This document shows, piece after piece, positions 10,604-20,568 of a stretch of DNA of 51,991 nt. Position numbers and translations under genes: made by a program. The stretch lies in the NCBI GenBank assembly GCA_040757035.1, contig JBFLYM010000005.1:1-51991 (forward strand). The letters run 5' to 3'. The notes beneath the pieces were generated by a model. That model saw only the letters and a list, made by a program, of their open reading frames with translations, was not told the DNA's origin and made no database searches. Positions within the stretch are counted from its first letter, which is position 1, and each line of letters starts with the position of its first letter. Source of the stretch: Candidatus Micrarchaeota archaeon (GTDB lineage: Archaea > Micrarchaeota > Micrarchaeia > Anstonellales > Bilamarchaeaceae).

Positions 10604-11830
10604 ATGATTTTCGCGCAAAAACATATCCCAAAAAAGATTGATGATGTTGCTGGAAATGATGAAGCAAAATCGCACATAAAGCAATGGATTCTTAATTGGC
10701 TACGTGGCGTGCGGCAAAAACCATTGCTTATTTATGGACCGACCGGTATTGGCAAAACAACGATCGCTTACGCGCTTAAAGCAGAATTTGATCTTGAATT
10801 GATAGAGATAAATGCGAGCGATTTGCGCAACGCTGCGCAAATAGAAAAAATACTTGTGAATGCAGGATGTTCATTCTCGCTTTCCGGGAAAAACAAGCTT
10901 CTTTTAATTGATGATGTTGATGCGCTACAACGAGAAGATGTTGGTGGAGTGCGCGCAATCTCTACCGTACTAAAAAATGCCATGGTTCCAGTACTCCTCA
11001 CTGCTGAAAATATTTGGGATAAAAAAATTGCGGGAATAGTGAATGAAGCGCGTGCAATTGCGTTCAGGCGAGTATCAAAATCTTCGGTGTTGAAAGTACT
11101 GAAAAAAATCGCTTACGCTGAAAAGATTGAGATAGATGATACGAAATTAGAATTTATTGCGGAAAATTGCGGTGGAGATTTGCGCTCTGCGATAAATGAT
11201 CTGCAAGCCGGCATGAGCGGAATGCGCAATCGCGAAAAAGATGTTTTTGAACGAATGAAAATTGTTTTCAAATCAACATTATACAAAGAGGCAAGAGAAG
11301 CTGCTTGGGGCGATATTGAACACGAATTTCTCAAGCTCTGGATAGATGAAAACATCCCCTATGAATATGAAAAAAAAGACGATATCGCTTATGCATATAA
11401 CATACTTTCGCGTGCAGATATATTTGATGGACGCATAATTAATAGACAATACTGGGGATTTCTGCGTTATTCTAATGATCTTATGACCGCAGGCGTTTCA
11501 TTGGCGAAAAGAGAGCGATATATAAAATTTGTTCGTTATCAATTCCCTAACTATCTAAGACAAATGAGTGCTTCTTCTGCAAAAAGAGCGACACTTAAGC
11601 GAATAGGGCTTAAAATAGGCGCAAAGGTTCATTGCAACTGGAAACAATCTTTGTTGTATTTGAATGTAATAAAACAGATGCTTCTCGCAATTCCGGAGTG
11701 TGCTGAATTTTATTTGTTTGAAGATGATGAAGTGTCATTAATATGCGGACTTTCGGTTTTAGATTTAAAAAAAGAATATACCGATCCACTAAAAAAACGT
11801 GGATCGCATATACGCAACCTGTCGAGATAA
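10604..11830 (+). CDS. rfcL: Replication factor C large subunit
   Basis: GPTGIGKTT, IEINASDLR, GDLRSAINDLQ, WIDENIP; last codons come from the 97-bp repeat. Confidence 0.93.
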   Translation: MIFAQKHIPKKIDDVAGNDEAKSHIKQWILNWLRGVRQKPLLIYGPTGIGKTTIAYALKAEFDLELIEINASDLRNAAQIEKILVNAGCSFSLSGKNKLLLIDDVDALQREDVGGVRAISTVLKNAMVPVLLTAENIWDKKIAGIVNEARAIAFRRVSKSSVLKVLKKIAYAEKIEIDDTKLEFIAENCGGDLRSAINDLQAGMSGMRNREKDVFERMKIVFKSTLYKEAREAAWGDIEHEFLKLWIDENIPYEYEKKDDIAYAYNILSRADIFDGRIINRQYWGFLRYSNDLMTAGVSLAKRERYIKFVRYQFPNYLRQMSASSAKRATLKRIGLKIGAKVHCNWKQSLLYLNVIKQMLLAIPECAEFYLFEDDEVSLICGLSVLDLKKEYTDPLKKRGSHIRNLSR

Positions 11831-11873
11831 AACCTAAAAAACAAAACCGGAAAAACTTAGTTGGTTGCGTATA
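11777..11873. repeat. 97-bp two-hairpin repeat, copy 2
   Basis: Matches 9870-9966; lies between converging rfcL and rps10. Confidence 0.92.
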
Positions 11874-11878
11874 TAGGT

Positions 11879-12187
11879 TTAATAAATAGAAATTTTTACG
11901 AATACATTGTCCGGTACTTTTATTCTAAGAATATTTCGTATGCTTCTTTCATCCGCTTCAATATAAAGGAGACGCTTGGAAATTCTTTTCTGCCAATGTT
12001 CGTAAGTATCGCTTCCATCGCCGCAAGGAGTTTTACGCGTGGTGATGCTTAGAATTTTCCTTGGTATTGGTATCGGTCCCCGAATTTTCATTTTGAAATT
12101 TTTCGCAAGTTCTTTTATCTGATTTACAACAGAAAGAATATTTTTGGGATGCTCTCCACTAAGCGTTATTTTTACTTTACTTGCCAT
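11879..12187 (-). CDS. rps10: 30S ribosomal protein S10 (uS10)
   Basis: RGPIPIP, TTRKTPCGDGSDTYEHW; downstream of EF-1alpha. Confidence 0.96.
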   Translation of the reverse strand: MASKVKITLSGEHPKNILSVVNQIKELAKNFKMKIRGPIPIPRKILSITTRKTPCGDGSDTYEHWQKRISKRLLYIEADERSIRNILRIKVPDNVFVKISIY

Positions 12188-12201
12188 TAGAAAACCCGGA
12201 T

Positions 12202-13473
12202 CTATTGTTTCTTTTCCACTACATCAAGGACAATACCAGCAGCAACTGTTCCACCCATATCGCGAATGACAAATCTTCCGAATGCTGGAAAATCTGAGAA
12301 TTTTTCAATAACAACAGATTTAGTTGGAGCAATCTTTATAATTGCAGTGTCACCAGTTTTAAGGAAATCTGGTTTACCAGGAATTGTTTGTCCTGTCTTT
12401 GGATCTTTTTTCTCCACAAGTTCAATAACTTTGCCAGGGAAATGTGTCGTGTGAGTATGTATAACAGGGGTATATCCGACTGAAATTGCAGTTGGATGAC
12501 CAAGTACTACAATTTGTGCAGTGAATTCTGACGCTACCTTTGGCGGATTACTTAGCGGTCCAATAACTTCACCTTTTTTAATATCGTTTTTTTCAATACC
12601 CTTTACATTAAATCCGATATTATCGCCAGGAAGCGCCTCATTTAATTCCTTGTGATGCATTTCAATCCGTTTTACCTCGCCTTTTTTACCAGATGGCATG
12701 AAAATAATCGGCATATTAACTAAAAGTTTTCCTGTTTTAACTTCTCCAACCGGTACCACACCATGACCAGTAATAGAAAATACTTCCTGAACAGAGAGCC
12801 TGAGCGGTTTGTCTACCTCTTTTGCAGGGGATACAATGTTATCAAGAGCTTGGAGTAATGTTTGACCAGTATACCATGGCATATTTTCTGATTTTTTAGT
12901 GAGGTTATCTCCTTTATATGACGATGTTGCTATCCACTGAATATTTTCTAATTTGTATCCCATTCCTCTAAGAAGTATTTCGGCTTCCAATTTAACGACA
13001 TTAAATTTGGCTTGATCATAATTAACCGCATCCATTTTGTTCATATTTATTATGAGCTGATTAATACCTAATACTTTTGCAAGGAATGCATGTTCTCTAG
13101 TTTGAGCTTGAATTCCATCTTTTACCGAAATAACTAATACAGCAGCGTCGGCTTGGCTTGCACCCGTAATCATATTTTTAACAAAATCCTTGTGTCCAGG
13201 AGCATCAATAATTGTATAATGGTATTTATTGGTTTCAAATTCTCTATGTGAAATATCAATGGTAACTCCTCTTTCTCTTTCATCTTTGAGTTCATCCATA
13301 ACGAATGCAAATTCAAATGTTGCTTTTCCAACTTTGGCTGCTTCGTTTTTTAATTTTGTTAATGTTTGCTCGCTAATTGCTCCTGTTTCATAAAGTATCC
13401 TTCCAACAGTAGTTGATTTACCGGCATCAACATGGCCGATAAAAACTATATTTAAGTGTGGTTTTTTTGTCAT
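12202..13473 (-). CDS. tuf: Translation elongation factor EF-1alpha
   Basis: GHVDAGKST, ERERGVTI, DAPGH, NKMD, GRFVIRDMG; RBS GGAGGTG upstream. Confidence 0.98.
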   Translation of the reverse strand: MTKKPHLNIVFIGHVDAGKSTTVGRILYETGAISEQTLTKLKNEAAKVGKATFEFAFVMDELKDERERGVTIDISHREFETNKYHYTIIDAPGHKDFVKNMITGASQADAAVLVISVKDGIQAQTREHAFLAKVLGINQLIINMNKMDAVNYDQAKFNVVKLEAEILLRGMGYKLENIQWIATSSYKGDNLTKKSENMPWYTGQTLLQALDNIVSPAKEVDKPLRLSVQEVFSITGHGVVPVGEVKTGKLLVNMPIIFMPSGKKGEVKRIEMHHKELNEALPGDNIGFNVKGIEKNDIKKGEVIGPLSNPPKVASEFTAQIVVLGHPTAISVGYTPVIHTHTTHFPGKVIELVEKKDPKTGQTIPGKPDFLKTGDTAIIKIAPTKSVVIEKFSDFPAFGRFVIRDMGGTVAAGIVLDVVEKKQ

Positions 13474-13646
13474 GTTATTACACCTCCTAGATTGTTAATA
13501 GTATTAATATTCATTATTTATTCATTATTTAATAGTATTGATATCCGTTATCCTTTTTTAAATTTAATTTTTTTTATTCTTTATTATTTTTCATTATCTC
13601 TTATATTGAACATATTCTTTTTTTATTAAAGAGCGCAGTATTCTTT

Positions 13647-14216
13647 ATGTCGGAGAGGTTTTTAAAACCTTCCTTTCCAAATGTAATGATGGGGGCATAT
13701 AAATACATAAAAAAGAATTTCGAGAGAGAATATCATGAAAAAAATCCACTTTACAAACAGAGAATGATTGAGTGGAGAAATGGCAATGCAATTGAACGGG
13801 TCGGATATCCAATAAATCTCGCGCGCGCAAGAACTCTTGGATATAAAGCAAAAAATGGATATATAACAGTGCGCGTAAGAATTAGAAGAGGAAAGAGAAA
13901 AAGACAAAAACCTTTTGGAGGTAGAAAACCAAAACACAATTATAGATTTGTGCAATCACAGCTTTCGCTTCAAGCATTATGCGAACAAAGAGCTGCGCGC
14001 ATCTACAAAAATTTAGAGGTCCTGAATTCCTATTGGATCGGTGAGGATGGAAATTACAAATTCTTTGAAATAATCTTAGTTGATCCGACAATAGTAAAAG
14101 ATATTCCTATTTCACGCTTACATATAAGAGGAAGAGCATTCCGTGGATTAACCTCACAAGGAAAAAAGGCGAGATCGCTCCGCGCAATTGGAAAAAGAAA
14201 ACAGCGAGCTTTTTAG
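13647..14216 (+). CDS. rpl15e: 50S ribosomal protein L15e
   Basis: ARTLGYKAKNG, LEVLNSYWIGEDG, GRAFRGLTS. Confidence 0.96.
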   Translation: MSERFLKPSFPNVMMGAYKYIKKNFEREYHEKNPLYKQRMIEWRNGNAIERVGYPINLARARTLGYKAKNGYITVRVRIRRGKRKRQKPFGGRKPKHNYRFVQSQLSLQALCEQRAARIYKNLEVLNSYWIGEDGNYKFFEIILVDPTIVKDIPISRLHIRGRAFRGLTSQGKKARSLRAIGKRKQRAF

Positions 14217-14240
14217 AATATACGCTACTAACTATAGTTT

Positions 14241-14906
14241 ATGTTGTCAATAGCGATATTAATTCCTACATTTAATGAAGAAGAAGGAATAGGGGAACTA
14301 ATAGACCAAGTGCGAAGAATTTCCGGAGATAAATGGACTATTTATGTTGTAGATAGCCAAAGTACAGATCAAACGGTGGAAATAGCAAAACTAAAGGGAG
14401 TCAAAATAATCAATACCATTGAGCGAGGTAAAGGATTAGCGATAAACACAGCATTTCAAAAGATCGATGATGAATTTGTCGTAGTGATAGATGCGGATTT
14501 GAGCTATGATCCAAAAGATATTCCCAGAATATTGGAAAAATTAAATAAATACGACGTAGTTTTGGGCAGTCGCTTCAAAGGTAATATTGAGAATAATTCA
14601 ATGAGTGTAATCAATAAGTTCGGCAACTTCATGCTTAATGTATTAGCAAACATACTTTATTTTAAAAATGTTAGCGATGTGTGCACTGGTATATGGGGAT
14701 TCACCAAAAAGACCTACAAATCAATGGTGATAGATGCGCCACATTTTGAGCTTGAGGCTAATTTTTTTACCCAAGCAATAAAGAAAAAATTTACGATATG
14801 CGAAGTTCCGATTTCATACAAAAAGCGCGCTGGTATATCTAAACTTGGCATAATAGATGGTTTTAAAATTGCATTATACCTCATAAAAAGCAAAATGGGC
14901 CCGTAG
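14241..14906 (+). CDS. GT2 glycosyltransferase (Dpm1-like)
   Basis: IPTFNEE, DADLSY, R-x-G-x-SKL. Confidence 0.9.
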   Translation: MLSIAILIPTFNEEEGIGELIDQVRRISGDKWTIYVVDSQSTDQTVEIAKLKGVKIINTIERGKGLAINTAFQKIDDEFVVVIDADLSYDPKDIPRILEKLNKYDVVLGSRFKGNIENNSMSVINKFGNFMLNVLANILYFKNVSDVCTGIWGFTKKTYKSMVIDAPHFELEANFFTQAIKKKFTICEVPISYKKRAGISKLGIIDGFKIALYLIKSKMGP

Positions 14907-15036
14907 TCGAAAGCTCTTCGATAACAATAATTATCAGTAAGGCAATTGTTATTCAATCGTTATTGATAGAGTCGATAGTGGTTAAGACACCACTCTCACA
15001 CAGTGGGGATTCGCGGTTCAATTCCGCGCAGGCCCA
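14897..15036 (+). tRNA. tRNA-Val(CAC) with 65-nt D-loop intron (14913-14977, about position 16/17)
   Basis: GGGCCCG/CAGGCCC acceptor, CCACT-CT-CAC-AC-AGTGG anticodon arm, CGCGG-TTCAATT-CCGCG T arm; BHB TCGA/TCGA with bulges AA^G and TA^G, inner helix CTCT/AGAG. Confidence 0.88.
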
Positions 15037-15142
15037 ATGCTAATGTAAATTTATTTTTTCAGAAAACGCAAAAACTATAATTTGCTTCGAACTATAATTC
15101 GCTCCGCGAAAAAACAGTATTTGATTCTGTAATTGGGGTTTT

Positions 15143-16351
15143 ATGTCCGAATACAAAAAATACATGCAACTTGCCATTGCACTCGCAAAGAAAGGAACGC
15201 CGTCTCCTAATCCGTACGTCGGCGCAGTGATTGTAAAAAATGGAAAAATTATCGGTAAAGGATATCATAAAAAAGTTGGAATGCCTCATGCGGAGATCGA
15301 AGCGCTTCAAAGCTTAAAAAATCCAGAAGACGCGCGTGGAGCTGACATGTACATAAATCTTGAACCGTGTAATCATTATGGAAGAACACCGCCATGCACC
15401 AGCGCTATTATAAATGCTGGTATAAAAAGAGTAATTTTTGCGATGAAAGACCCTAACCCAAAGGTAAGTGGTGATGGTGGCGATGGCGAAAAAAAATTGA
15501 AAAAATATGGAATTCGCGTGGAAAAAGGACTGTGCGAAACAGAAGCGAAAAAACTTAATGAAGTTTTCATAAAATATTGTACTAGCGGCATGCCTTTTGT
15601 TGTACTTAAAATCGCAATGAGTATGGATGGAAAAATTGCAACGCGCACAGGGGATTCGCGATGGATCACTTGTGAAAAAGCAAGAAAATACGTGCACAAA
15701 TTGCGAAGTAAATACCGCGCAATTCTCGTTGGTGTGAATACAATTTTGAAAGACAATCCAATGCTTGATGTACGAACTATGCAAGCTATGCAAACTACGC
15801 GAGTTATGCGGGCCAATATTAGTGATATAACTAGGATAAATGAAGCGCAAAACAAAGCGCAAAAATCAGTAGAAATAAACCAAACAAACCAAATAGAAAA
15901 TCCAATAAAGATAATTCTTGATAATACTCTTAGAATTCCTTTAGACGCGAAAGTAGTAGATTCTAATTTGATTGTAGCAACGAGCGCAAAACATGATATA
16001 AAACAAAAGGCTAAACTTGAGCGAAAAGGCGTGAGAGTACTTGTTTGCGGAAAGAATAGAGTAGATTTGAAAATTCTTTTAAAAAAACTTGGAGAAATTG
16101 GTATAGATTCTATTTTAGTTGAAGGCGGTAGTGAAGTGCAAGGGAGTTTCTTTAGTGATAAATTAATAGATAAATTTATCCTTTTTTTTGCACCAAAAAT
16201 CATTGGTGGAAATAAAGCAAAAATTGCGATAGGAGGACGAGGAGTTGAAAAAATTTCGTTAGCGATGAAACTAAGCGGTAAAATAAAAAAAATAGGAGAA
16301 GATTTTATTTTTGAAGGTTACCACCCTATTTTTCCAATATTATCTCTTTAA
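15143..16351 (+). CDS. ribD: Bifunctional riboflavin biosynthesis deaminase/reductase RibD
   Basis: PNPYVG, HAE, LEPCNHYGRTPPC, SMDGKIAT, VEGG; ~35-aa low-complexity insert. Confidence 0.96.
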   Translation: MSEYKKYMQLAIALAKKGTPSPNPYVGAVIVKNGKIIGKGYHKKVGMPHAEIEALQSLKNPEDARGADMYINLEPCNHYGRTPPCTSAIINAGIKRVIFAMKDPNPKVSGDGGDGEKKLKKYGIRVEKGLCETEAKKLNEVFIKYCTSGMPFVVLKIAMSMDGKIATRTGDSRWITCEKARKYVHKLRSKYRAILVGVNTILKDNPMLDVRTMQAMQTTRVMRANISDITRINEAQNKAQKSVEINQTNQIENPIKIILDNTLRIPLDAKVVDSNLIVATSAKHDIKQKAKLERKGVRVLVCGKNRVDLKILLKKLGEIGIDSILVEGGSEVQGSFFSDKLIDKFILFFAPKIIGGNKAKIAIGGRGVEKISLAMKLSGKIKKIGEDFIFEGYHPIFPILSL

Positions 16352-16850
16352 TTGAAGCGTACGCCATTCTCTTTACACTTGGATTAGGATCATCATCAAA
16401 ATTATACCAAATTATAAAATAGCCTGCAAATTGCTGCCTCGCTGGAATTGATAAATCATTCGCACCTTTTTTACAAACTGTATCAAACACTACTGACTCT
16501 CCAGTTCGGATTGTATTATCTACTAAACTAGCATGACTTACTTCTACTTCAGCAGGCTGGGTAGTGGTACAAAGCACCTTTGAAACATTTATATCGCGTC
16601 CTTTATTATTATACAGCTTTATGCTGATATTATCTTTTTTGATACTCTTGTCATAATATATTTGTGGTAATGGATTGTTGCACGTAAAACCAATTTCCAT
16701 TTCGCATGCGCGTACGGTTGTTTGGGGTTGCGTCAACATATAAAGTGCTACCAAAACTATTGCAATTATCAAAATAGCCCAACCATAAGTCATTAAATAC
16801 TCAATGGCTGCTTGACCTTTCTTTTTATCAGATATTATATTTTTCACCAT
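16326..16850 (-). CDS. Archaeal pilin-like protein with class III signal peptide
   Basis: KKG^QAAIEYLMTYGWAILII. Confidence 0.88.
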   Translation of the reverse strand: MVKNIISDKKKGQAAIEYLMTYGWAILIIAIVLVALYMLTQPQTTVRACEMEIGFTCNNPLPQIYYDKSIKKDNISIKLYNNKGRDINVSKVLCTTTQPAEVEVSHASLVDNTIRTGESVVFDTVCKKGANDLSIPARQQFAGYFIIWYNFDDDPNPSVKRMAYASIKEIILEK

Positions 16851-16927
16851 TTTATCCCTTTTTATTTCTTTGTTCTTTTATCTTATAATTATTTTATAAT
16901 TATAGCTATATAACCATATTTATATAT

Positions 16928-17983
16928 TTATATAATCATACTTGAAAAAAATGATTCAAGTACTGCAGAAACCAAGAAATATATTAAATATGCGATTACA
17001 ATCATGAATGGAAAATATTTTAATCCCTGGTTTTTTGAACTTGTTCGCACCACTCCTACAATAAGCGATGAAATAAGCACAGTTATAAATATTGTTACAA
17101 GTGAAAAATAGAAAAAATCATTAGAAGTTACAAGCGGTGTAGATGGTTTTATAAACGACATTCCTTCAATAGTAGTCTGAACTTCAAACGAAAACGACTT
17201 CTCCAATATCCCAAGGAGTTTGTTCACAACTGCAAAAAGAAATGGCGCACCAAGCGTTGCGGAAAACAAAATGAATATCTCGTAAATAACCATTGAACTC
17301 GCAATATCTTTTCTAAGAACCGCGGTTTCGCGCGCATCTGTAGCGGTCATTTCTAATATTTTGGCGATCTCACCACCTGTAACCGAGGCTTGTTTTATAA
17401 GAGCGATAGTTCGTTCGAGTATCTTTGAATCAAAACGTTCATCCAATTTATCAAGTGTAGAACTTAGAGATTCACCACTAAACGTCCCCTTTATTACATT
17501 TTTTACTTCAACAGATAAAATTCCAAATTCTGGCTTTGCAGCATACCATATTGCTTGATCTAAAGTCATGCCGGCGCGTACATTTGCACTTATAAGAGTT
17601 AGGAAATCTGGAAGCATTGCTTCAACAGCATTTTTCCTTGCTTCGGTAAGTAATATGAGCGCTGCCGAAACTAATACATAGATTATAAATATTATGAATA
17701 AAAGCGAAAGAACAAAAATGGTTATAACTGCCATGATGTTGAGCGCAATTGGTTGCGAAATCAAGGGAGGTATAAAGGTTCCAATAAGCGAAAGGAAATA
17801 TTTTTGTGTTGCTGGAAGCAAAGAGAACATTACGGTAAGAAAAAACGTTGCAGTGAGTGATAATATAACTAAATAACCAGCAAAGGCTTCTGGCAATACT
17901 GTAACTCCTGCGGAATGTATTCTTTTTCTAAGTATTTGTATCCATTCTCTTGAGAATATTCTTCCAAAATTTTCAAATTTCAT
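16928..17983 (-). CDS. Type II secretion system F family protein (TadC-like)
   Basis: LPDFLTLISANVRAGMT, FGILSVE, TGGEIAKILE. Confidence 0.88.
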   Translation of the reverse strand: MKFENFGRIFSREWIQILRKRIHSAGVTVLPEAFAGYLVILSLTATFFLTVMFSLLPATQKYFLSLIGTFIPPLISQPIALNIMAVITIFVLSLLFIIFIIYVLVSAALILLTEARKNAVEAMLPDFLTLISANVRAGMTLDQAIWYAAKPEFGILSVEVKNVIKGTFSGESLSSTLDKLDERFDSKILERTIALIKQASVTGGEIAKILEMTATDARETAVLRKDIASSMVIYEIFILFSATLGAPFLFAVVNKLLGILEKSFSFEVQTTIEGMSFIKPSTPLVTSNDFFYFSLVTIFITVLISSLIVGVVRTSSKNQGLKYFPFMIVIAYLIYFLVSAVLESFFSSMII

Positions 17984-17987
17984 GGGA

Positions 17988-18869
17988 TCACAATACGTAT
18001 CTGGGTTTTGAAGATTCCATAATGCTTAGAAAAACAAATTGCACCATTGTGATGAATATGATTACATAAATAAGCGAAGCAGAACTTATTCCTAATGTTC
18101 CTCCACTTACAAGCATGAAAAGGATTATTGCAAATGCTACTCCTAACGAAGGAAAAATTATTCCAAATATCATAAAAAACATAACCATTGGATTGAGTTT
18201 GTGCCCGTATTCTTTGAGCGCGATCGCTTGCTCTTTTGCAATCTGATTTAATACAACTTCAAGCGAAGATGCTACATCAGCACCAGAAGATATCGCATTA
18301 GAAATCTGCATCATTATCCTTGAAAATGCATTACTTGGCGAATCAATACTGGATTCGCGTATCGCCTGTCCTATTGGCACACCAAGATTTACCTTTTCAA
18401 TTATTTTTCTAAATTCTTCACTTACCGTTCCATAACCTGAAGAAACACCTATAATTGAATCAAAAAGCGGCATACCCGCACGCAGCGCAATAAGTATATG
18501 TCTTCCAGCAAAAACTAATTCGCATTCTATATTTTTTTGTCTTCTGATTATTTTGACCTCAGGATAAAACATTAGATAAGAAAATAATGTTATTGCGATA
18601 AATGGAAGGACTAACAGCGTAAAAAATAGATTTATCTCCATCGCGTTGAGTCCTATTGCAACAAAAATCGCAATAGCGAGCGAAATATATACTGTTGAAA
18701 TTATTACTTTTTCTAGAAATTGCGTCGGGGTTTCAGAGCTATTTGCAAGATAAAGTTTTTTTTTCAAATCAGGAAAATAGATAAGAAACGGTTCTGCAAA
18801 TGACTGCCGGGATGTTTTTTTTCTCGGTCCAAATTGTTTTTGAACTTGAGATATAGTTTTTTCTTCCAT
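17988..18869 (-). CDS. Type II secretion system F family protein (TadB-like)
   Basis: LRAGMPLFDSI, YGTVSEEF, SGADVASSL; ATG at 18869 preferred. Confidence 0.85.
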   Translation of the reverse strand: MEEKTISQVQKQFGPRKKTSRQSFAEPFLIYFPDLKKKLYLANSSETPTQFLEKVIISTVYISLAIAIFVAIGLNAMEINLFFTLLVLPFIAITLFSYLMFYPEVKIIRRQKNIECELVFAGRHILIALRAGMPLFDSIIGVSSGYGTVSEEFRKIIEKVNLGVPIGQAIRESSIDSPSNAFSRIMMQISNAISSGADVASSLEVVLNQIAKEQAIALKEYGHKLNPMVMFFMIFGIIFPSLGVAFAIILFMLVSGGTLGISSASLIYVIIFITMVQFVFLSIMESSKPRYVL

Positions 18870-18994
18870 TGTATAACCATTTATATTCAAATATGCAGAC
18901 GAAAATTGTATAATGGATTTTTACTGCCTACAGATTTTTATACCTTTCTTTTTTTAAAGAGAAAGAGATATAGGAATTCAAACAAATAAAAAAG

Positions 18995-19237
18995 CGCTAG
19001 GGGGGAGATTTTCAATTTTTCCTTCCTCATTTCATCTTTATCCTCATGCTCTTAATTAGAGTAGGATGGTGGATGAGGAAGGATAATGTTGTACTTAATT
19101 TTCCTTCCTCATTTTGAACTCCCGGACGCTTTCGCGCAACAGGTTTCCGCTTGTCCCAGAATCAAGGACTGAAAACCGAAAACTGGAAACTAAAAACAAT
19201 AGCAACCTGCCGCCCTACCGGACTAGGCGACCCCAGC
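18995..19237 (-). tRNA. tRNA-Ser(GCT) with introns at 37/38 (19145-19199, 55 nt) and 59/60 (19009-19112, 104 nt)
   Basis: GCTGGGG/CCCTAGC acceptor, G73, long variable arm GCGC-GAAA-GCGT; BHB central helices TTGC/GCGG and TTCA/TGAA. Confidence 0.88.
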
Positions 19238-19361
19238 AATTAAACGATCTAAATTAAACAATCAATTAAACAATACTTAGTAAACCATATAAACCTTAAA
19301 CCCCTTTTTTATTTGAATTAAACACTCTGGGCTTTGACTCCTGGTTTGTAATGGTGATATT

Positions 19362-19757
19362 GTGAAGGAAATTACAGCAAGAACGAAAAATAGAGTAGGC
19401 GCGCTTGCAGATATTGCAGAACTTTTAGGTAATTTTGGAATTAATATAGAATCTATTTCTGCGTATGGTTCCGGTGAGGAAGCGATATTCAGAATCGTTA
19501 CCAACGACTCAACTACTGCAATGAAACATCTTGCAAAACTCCCCGGAGTTAAAGTAAGCGAATCTGATATTTTAATAATAGAAATGCCAAATAGACCTGG
19601 CGAACTTGGAAAAATAACGAGAAAACTGGCGAATAAAGGAATAGATCTAGACAGTGTATATCTAATTGGCAAACTAGTAGATACGACCCAGGTTATAATA
19701 AAACCCTCGCCAGAAAGTTTTAAAAAAGCAAAAGAAGTTCTGAATTTAAAGTCTTGA
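19362..19757 (+). CDS. Tandem ACT domain protein
   Basis: NRVGALADIAELLGNFGINI and NRPGELGKITRKLANKGIDL. Confidence 0.9.
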   Translation: MKEITARTKNRVGALADIAELLGNFGINIESISAYGSGEEAIFRIVTNDSTTAMKHLAKLPGVKVSESDILIIEMPNRPGELGKITRKLANKGIDLDSVYLIGKLVDTTQVIIKPSPESFKKAKEVLNLKS

Positions 19758-19776
19758 TTCTTGATCTTTTGATAAG

Positions 19777-20565
19777 ATGGTTTTTGATAAAATGGTTAGA
19801 GATATTAAAAAAATATTTCGTTCGCTTCATTATCCGAAGGAAAGTTCGCACAAAGGCCAAAATGGCAAATTGCTCATAATAGGCGGAAGCAAAATGTATT
19901 CTGGTTCGCCGCTATTTTCAATTTTGGCTGCAAGGAGATTTGTGGATTTGCTCTATTTTTATCCTGCCCAGTACGATTCGTTTCTTATTCAGGCAGTAAA
20001 GAATATTCCAGAAACTATAGTGATAGATGATTTGAACAAAATTAAAGAGGTGGATTGCGTACTTTTTGGTGGGGGGATGGGATTGGCAAAATTCAACACA
20101 TCAATACTTAAAGACGCAAAGAAAGTCGTAGTAGATGCGCAAGGTTTTGAATATTTGCCATACAAAATGATAAATTCTAATTACATTCTCACTCCGCATG
20201 TTATTGAATTTGAGCGTTATTTTAAAATTCCTGCAGATGAGAAAAATATAATTAGCATGGCTAAAAAGTACAAATGCACAATTTTGAAAAAAGGTACACC
20301 GGATATAATTAGCAATGGAAAAAAAATTTTTAAGAATGATACCCATAATCCAGGGATGACAAAAGGGGGAACTGGCGATACTCTTGCAGGTTTAGTTGCA
20401 GCACTCGCATGTACCAATCAAAATTTTGAAGCAGCAGTGGCTGGAACTTATATAAACGGTTTAGCTGGAAATATGCTCACCATTCGGTACGGATATAATT
20501 TTTGCGCTTCTGATCTTGCAAATACGCTTGCTAAAGCATATTTTAAATATCTTAAAACAATATAA
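19777..20565 (+). CDS. nnrD: ADP-dependent NAD(P)H-hydrate dehydratase
   Basis: SHKGQNGKLLIIGGS, LTPH, GGTGDTLAG. Confidence 0.9.
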   Translation: MVFDKMVRDIKKIFRSLHYPKESSHKGQNGKLLIIGGSKMYSGSPLFSILAARRFVDLLYFYPAQYDSFLIQAVKNIPETIVIDDLNKIKEVDCVLFGGGMGLAKFNTSILKDAKKVVVDAQGFEYLPYKMINSNYILTPHVIEFERYFKIPADEKNIISMAKKYKCTILKKGTPDIISNGKKIFKNDTHNPGMTKGGTGDTLAGLVAALACTNQNFEAAVAGTYINGLAGNMLTIRYGYNFCASDLANTLAKAYFKYLKTI

Positions 20566-20568
20566 ATT

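Noticed and set aside
15775-15900. ribD insert as a possible intron
   Set aside because: In frame, no stop, no BHB visible; made of short tandem duplications in a variable loop.
19145-19203. Alternative splicing of tRNA-Ser to give a GGA anticodon (TT|GGAAA)
   Set aside because: A 33/34 junction would need CAGG to pair with ACAA. No BHB forms, while the 37/38 GCT junction does.
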